Shown here piece by piece: positions 27,340-31,056 of a stretch of DNA of 31,056 bases. Positions within the stretch are counted from its first letter, which is position 1. Each line of letters starts with the position of its first letter. The notes under the pieces are model-generated. The model worked only from the letters and a program-made list of their open reading frames with translations. It did not search any database and was not told where the DNA came from. The position numbers and the translations under genes were made by a program. Origin of the DNA: Escherichia coli (lineage in GTDB: Bacteria > Pseudomonadota > Gammaproteobacteria > Enterobacterales > Enterobacteriaceae); NCBI RefSeq assembly GCF_003334335.1, contig NZ_QOWQ01000047.1; one strand, 5' to 3'.

Positions 27340-28986
27340 ATGTCAAACAAACCCTTTATCTACCAGGCACCTTTCCCGATGGGGAAAGACAATACCGAAT
27401 ACTATCTACTCACTTCCGATTACGTTAGCGTTGCCGACTTCGACGGCGAAACCATCCTGAAAGTGGAACCAGAAGCCCTGACCCTGCTGGCGCAGCAAGC
27501 CTTTCACGACGCTTCTTTTATGCTCCGCCCGGCACACCAGAAACAGGTTGCGGCTATTCTTCACGATCCAGAAGCCAGCGAAAACGACAAGTACGTGGCG
27601 CTGCAATTCTTAAGAAACTCCGAAATCGCCGCCAAAGGCGTGCTGCCGACCTGCCAGGATACCGGCACCGCGATCATCGTCGGTAAAAAAGGCCAGCGCG
27701 TGTGGACCGGCGGCGGTGATGAAGAAACGCTGTCGAAAGGCGTCTATAACACCTATATCGAAGATAACCTGCGCTATTCACAGAATGCGGCGCTGGACAT
27801 GTACAAAGAAGTCAACACCGGCACTAACCTGCCTGCGCAAATCGACCTGTACGCGGTAGATGGCGATGAGTACAAATTCCTTTGCGTTGCGAAAGGCGGC
27901 GGCTCTGCCAACAAAACGTATCTCTACCAGGAAACCAAAGCCCTGCTGACTCCCGGCAAACTGAAAAACTTCCTCGTCGAGAAAATGCGTACCCTCGGTA
28001 CTGCAGCCTGCCCGCCGTACCATATCGCGTTTGTGATTGGCGGTACGTCTGCGGAAACCAACCTGAAAACCGTCAAGTTAGCAAGCGCTCACTATTACGA
28101 TGAACTGCCGACGGAAGGGAACGAACATGGTCAGGCGTTCCGCGATGTCCAGCTGGAACAGGAACTGCTGGAAGAGGCCCAGAAACTCGGTCTTGGCGCG
28201 CAGTTTGGCGGTAAATACTTCGCGCACGACATTCGCGTTATCCGTCTGCCACGTCACGGCGCATCCTGCCCGGTCGGCATGGGCGTCTCCTGCTCCGCTG
28301 ACCGTAACATTAAAGCGAAAATCAACCGCGAAGGTATCTGGATCGAAAAACTGGAACACAACCCAGGCCAGTACATTCCACAAGAACTGCGCCAGGCCGG
28401 TGAAGGCGAAGCGGTGAAAGTTGACCTTAACCGCCCGATGAAAGAGATCCTCGCCCAGCTTTCGCAATACCCGGTATCCACTCGTTTGTCGCTCACCGGC
28501 ACCATTATCGTGGGCCGAGATATTGCACACGCCAAGCTGAAAGAGCTGATTGACGCCGGTAAAGAACTTCCGCAGTACATCAAAGATCACCCGATCTACT
28601 ACGCGGGTCCGGCGAAAACCCCTGCCGGTTATCCATCAGGTTCACTTGGCCCAACCACCGCAGGCCGTATGGACTCCTACGTGGATCTGCTGCAATCCCA
28701 CGGCGGCAGCATGATCATGCTGGCGAAAGGTAACCGCAGTCAGCAGGTTACCGACGCGTGTCATAAACACGGCGGCTTCTACCTCGGTAGCATCGGCGGT
28801 CCGGCGGCGGTACTGGCGCAGCAGAGCATCAAGCATCTGGAGTGCGTCGCTTATCCGGAGCTGGGTATGGAAGCTATCTGGAAAATCGAAGTAGAAGATT
28901 TCCCGGCGTTTATCCTGGTCGATGACAAAGGTAACGACTTCTTCCAGCAAATCGTCAACAAACAGTGCGCGAACTGCACTAAGTAA
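27340..28986 (+). CDS. fumB: FumB, anaerobic class I fumarate hydratase, 548 aa.
   Basis: Full-length match. Confidence 0.95.
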   Translation: MSNKPFIYQAPFPMGKDNTEYYLLTSDYVSVADFDGETILKVEPEALTLLAQQAFHDASFMLRPAHQKQVAAILHDPEASENDKYVALQFLRNSEIAAKGVLPTCQDTGTAIIVGKKGQRVWTGGGDEETLSKGVYNTYIEDNLRYSQNAALDMYKEVNTGTNLPAQIDLYAVDGDEYKFLCVAKGGGSANKTYLYQETKALLTPGKLKNFLVEKMRTLGTAACPPYHIAFVIGGTSAETNLKTVKLASAHYYDELPTEGNEHGQAFRDVQLEQELLEEAQKLGLGAQFGGKYFAHDIRVIRLPRHGASCPVGMGVSCSADRNIKAKINREGIWIEKLEHNPGQYIPQELRQAGEGEAVKVDLNRPMKEILAQLSQYPVSTRLSLTGTIIVGRDIAHAKLKELIDAGKELPQYIKDHPIYYAGPAKTPAGYPSGSLGPTTAGRMDSYVDLLQSHGGSMIMLAKGNRSQQVTDACHKHGGFYLGSIGGPAAVLAQQSIKHLECVAYPELGMEAIWKIEVEDFPAFILVDDKGNDFFQQIVNKQCANCTK

Positions 28987-29002
28987 CCTCTTCGGCCCAG
29001 CG

Positions 29003-29022
29003 CCTGGCAGCATGCTGCCAGG
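29003..29022 (+). terminator. 20-bp perfect palindrome cctggcagcatgctgccagg just after the fumB stop. It is a candidate terminator hairpin.
   Basis: Perfect inverted repeat. The downstream T-tract is weak (ctcttttgcg at 29040). Confidence 0.3.
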
Positions 29023-29108
29023 TGATCCCCCTGGGCCACCTCTTTTGCGATTGTAATTTCACGCTTGCTGGTGAATAGTCAGTATTTTCCCTGATTTGCG
29101 AACTCACC

Positions 29109-29738
29109 ATGACCCGCACACTCAAGCCGTTAATTCTTAACACCAGCGCACTGACGCTAACGTTAATCCTGATTTATACCGGCATTTCGGCCCATGACAA
29201 ACTCACCTGGCTGATGGAAGTGACACCGGTGATTATTGTCGTGCAGCTACTGCTTGCCACCGCCAGACGTTATCCGTTAACGCCGCTGCTCTATACGCTC
29301 ATTTTCCTTCACGCCATCATCCTGATGGTCGGCGGACAATACACCTACGCGAAAGTCCCCGTTGGTTTTGAGGTGCAGGAATGGCTGGGGTTGAGTCGTA
29401 ATCCGTATGACAAGCTGGGGCACTTTTTCCAGGGGCTGGTGCCTGCACTGGTGGCACGAGAAATTCTCGTTCGCGGGATGTACGTGCGCGGACGTAAAAT
29501 GGTGGCGTTCCTGGTCTGCTGCGTGGCGCTGGCGATAAGCGCGATGTATGAATTAATCGAGTGGTGGGCAGCGCTGGCAATGGGTCAGGGAGCGGATGAT
29601 TTTCTCGGCACCCAGGGCGACCAGTGGGACACGCAATCCGATATGTTCTGCGCGCTGCTTGGCGCATTAACGACGGTGATATTCCTCGCTCGCTTTCATT
29701 GCCGCCAGCTACGGCGCTTTGGCTTGATAACCGGATAA
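29109..29738 (+). CDS. yjdF: YjdF, inner-membrane protein (DUF2238), 209 aa.
   Basis: Sequence and position. Confidence 0.85.
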   Translation: MTRTLKPLILNTSALTLTLILIYTGISAHDKLTWLMEVTPVIIVVQLLLATARRYPLTPLLYTLIFLHAIILMVGGQYTYAKVPVGFEVQEWLGLSRNPYDKLGHFFQGLVPALVAREILVRGMYVRGRKMVAFLVCCVALAISAMYELIEWWAALAMGQGADDFLGTQGDQWDTQSDMFCALLGALTTVIFLARFHCRQLRRFGLITG

Positions 29739-29757
29739 CAACTTGCGCTTTGTTGAT

Positions 29758-29791
29758 GCCGGATGCGGCGTGAATTCCTTATCCGGTCTAC
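29758..29791. repeat. REP (repetitive extragenic palindrome) element gccggatgcggcgtgaattccttatccggtctac.
   Basis: Matches the GCCGGATGCGGCGTGAAC...CTTATCCGGCCTAC REP consensus with a few substitutions. Confidence 0.5.
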
Positions 29792-29826
29792 AAAATTTGC
29801 AAATCCAAAGCATTACATTAAGACGT

Positions 29827-29858
29827 GGCCTGATAAACATATCGCATCAGGCCATTTT
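29827..29858. terminator. Hairpin ggcctgat-(aaacatatcgc)-atcaggcc followed by ATTTTCG. It is a likely bidirectional terminator for the convergent genes yjdF and melB.
   Basis: 8-bp inverted repeat between the convergent gene ends. Confidence 0.35.
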
Positions 29859-29876
29859 CGTTAGCTATTGTCCACG

Positions 29877-30979
29877 TCAGGCTTTCACATCACTCACTGC
29901 ACCGACCGGAATATCAGCATGAACAGGCTCGGGCGGTACTTTGCGATATTTATCCAGCAGATGGATCTGGATCCTGCGCAGCGTGTCACCATTGAGGCGA
30001 TAGAAACGGAAGTAGAGAATCAGCGTTACCATGAAAAACAGAGTTGGTAGAGCAATCATAATAAACTGCATACCTAATAGGGCTTGCGTAGACTGTTCAA
30101 CATTCGGTACATAGCCAATCATCCCTAACACAACCGCAATGAAAAAAGCCGCAAAGGCTGAACCGCCCTTCACCACCATAGTCTGCACGGAGTAAGCGAT
30201 ACTTTCACAGCGTACGTGCAGTTTATATTCACCGTAATCAACGATATCTGCCACCATGATGACCTGTAATACCCAGAAAAGCGCCGTTCCCACATTCAGC
30301 AAAATACCCGCAATCACAATGAGGACGACGTTGTGATAGCTCATTAATGCCATTAACAGGAGAACACCACAGCTTAACACCGGAAGAATAGATGCTCCGG
30401 CCCATAAAATGCGTCGGGATAATGATTTAACTAAGCGTGGGAAGAATACTAACGTCACCAGGTTAGCAGCTCCCGCATACGACAGATAATAGGGGAACAA
30501 ATCCGCATCACCGATAACATATGAGAAATAATAGATAGCAAAGCCGGTAATAATGTTGCTGGCTACATTATAAGCAAGAGCCATACCCAAGAGGCATGAA
30601 AGCTGATCGTTTTTATAAATTAGCGCAACGATGGCTTTAAGTGTCAGATGGCTTCCTTCAGCAGACGGTTGATTGTCTGACGAAAAGACTTCATGCACAT
30701 TGCGCAGAGTGATGATGGTTGAAACAATAAAAAAGGCGATCAGTACCAGAGTGAACATCTGAAAGCCAAATCCCCGATCGCCACCGCCGACATAATTAAC
30801 AAATGGTAGCGTCACACCTGCCGTAACAAAGCCTGCCAGACTGGCAAAAAAACGCGGATAAGGAACCAGTTGTTCGCGCTCACGTTTATCGAGCGTGATG
30901 GTTGGAACCAGCGACCAGAAGGGAATATCCATAATGGTGTAAGTCATGCCCCAGAGGATGTAGGTCACGCAAACAAAGA
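29877..30979 (-). CDS. melB: MelB (melibiose:Na+ symporter). Only the 3' ~365 codons are melB-like. About 110 N-terminal codons are missing: the frame leaves melB-like sequence near 30980 and hits TGA at 31023-31025.
   Basis: The C-terminal 363 aa match MelB (…[25 protein letters not shown]…[15 protein letters not shown]). Upstream of ~30980 the sequence is AT-rich, and all three reverse frames contain stops within the last ~110 nt of the window. Confidence 0.75.
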
Positions 30980-31056
30980 GAGCCTGTACATAGATTTGTG
31001 TAATTGCCTGATTTTGATATGTTCAATCCAGCATCAAATGAAGGTTAATTTATGGA

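Overview
This window reads as an Escherichia/Shigella-type chromosome with two distinct parts. Positions 12.1-31.0 kb are the conserved cad-lysU-dcu neighbourhood: cadC, cadB, cadA, dtpC(yjdL), lysU, ghoT-ghoS (type V toxin-antitoxin), yjdJ, yjdI, dcuS, dcuR, dcuB, fumB, yjdF and the 3' part of melB, with intrinsic terminators and a REP element. Positions 1-12.1 kb are the distal end of a horizontally acquired CP4-like (cryptic-P4-type) genomic island at the tRNA-Phe (pheU) site upstream of cadC. The island ends in a 22-bp tRNA-Phe 3'-end direct-repeat fragment at 12094-12115, followed by the native pheU terminator hairpin. Reading left to right, the island holds an IS630-family transposase remnant fused to unrelated sequence, then a YagK/YfjJ-family (inovirus Gp2-like) protein. 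Next is a strongly AT-rich cargo block that I consider the most interesting region: a 176-aa protein with a Myb/SANT-like HTH, 1.1 kb of noncoding DNA carrying a palindrome plus three ~24-bp direct repeats, and a convergent 407-aa basic orphan protein with an N-terminal Cys/His motif and no recognisable family. After that comes the canonical CP4 accessory module: GTPase (YeeP/YfjP/YkfA-like, but with an unexplained ~210-aa C-terminal extension), DUF905, DUF932, KlcA/ArdB antirestriction, RadC/JAB, DUF987, CbeA antitoxin, CbtA toxin, YeeW-like, and a DUF4942-like terminal gene. At the right edge the melB reading frame stops matching melB near position 30980 and runs into AT-rich sequence, suggesting an insertion or rearrangement that continues past the window. 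All names come from my recognition of the translated ORFs and the gene order; I could not run database searches.
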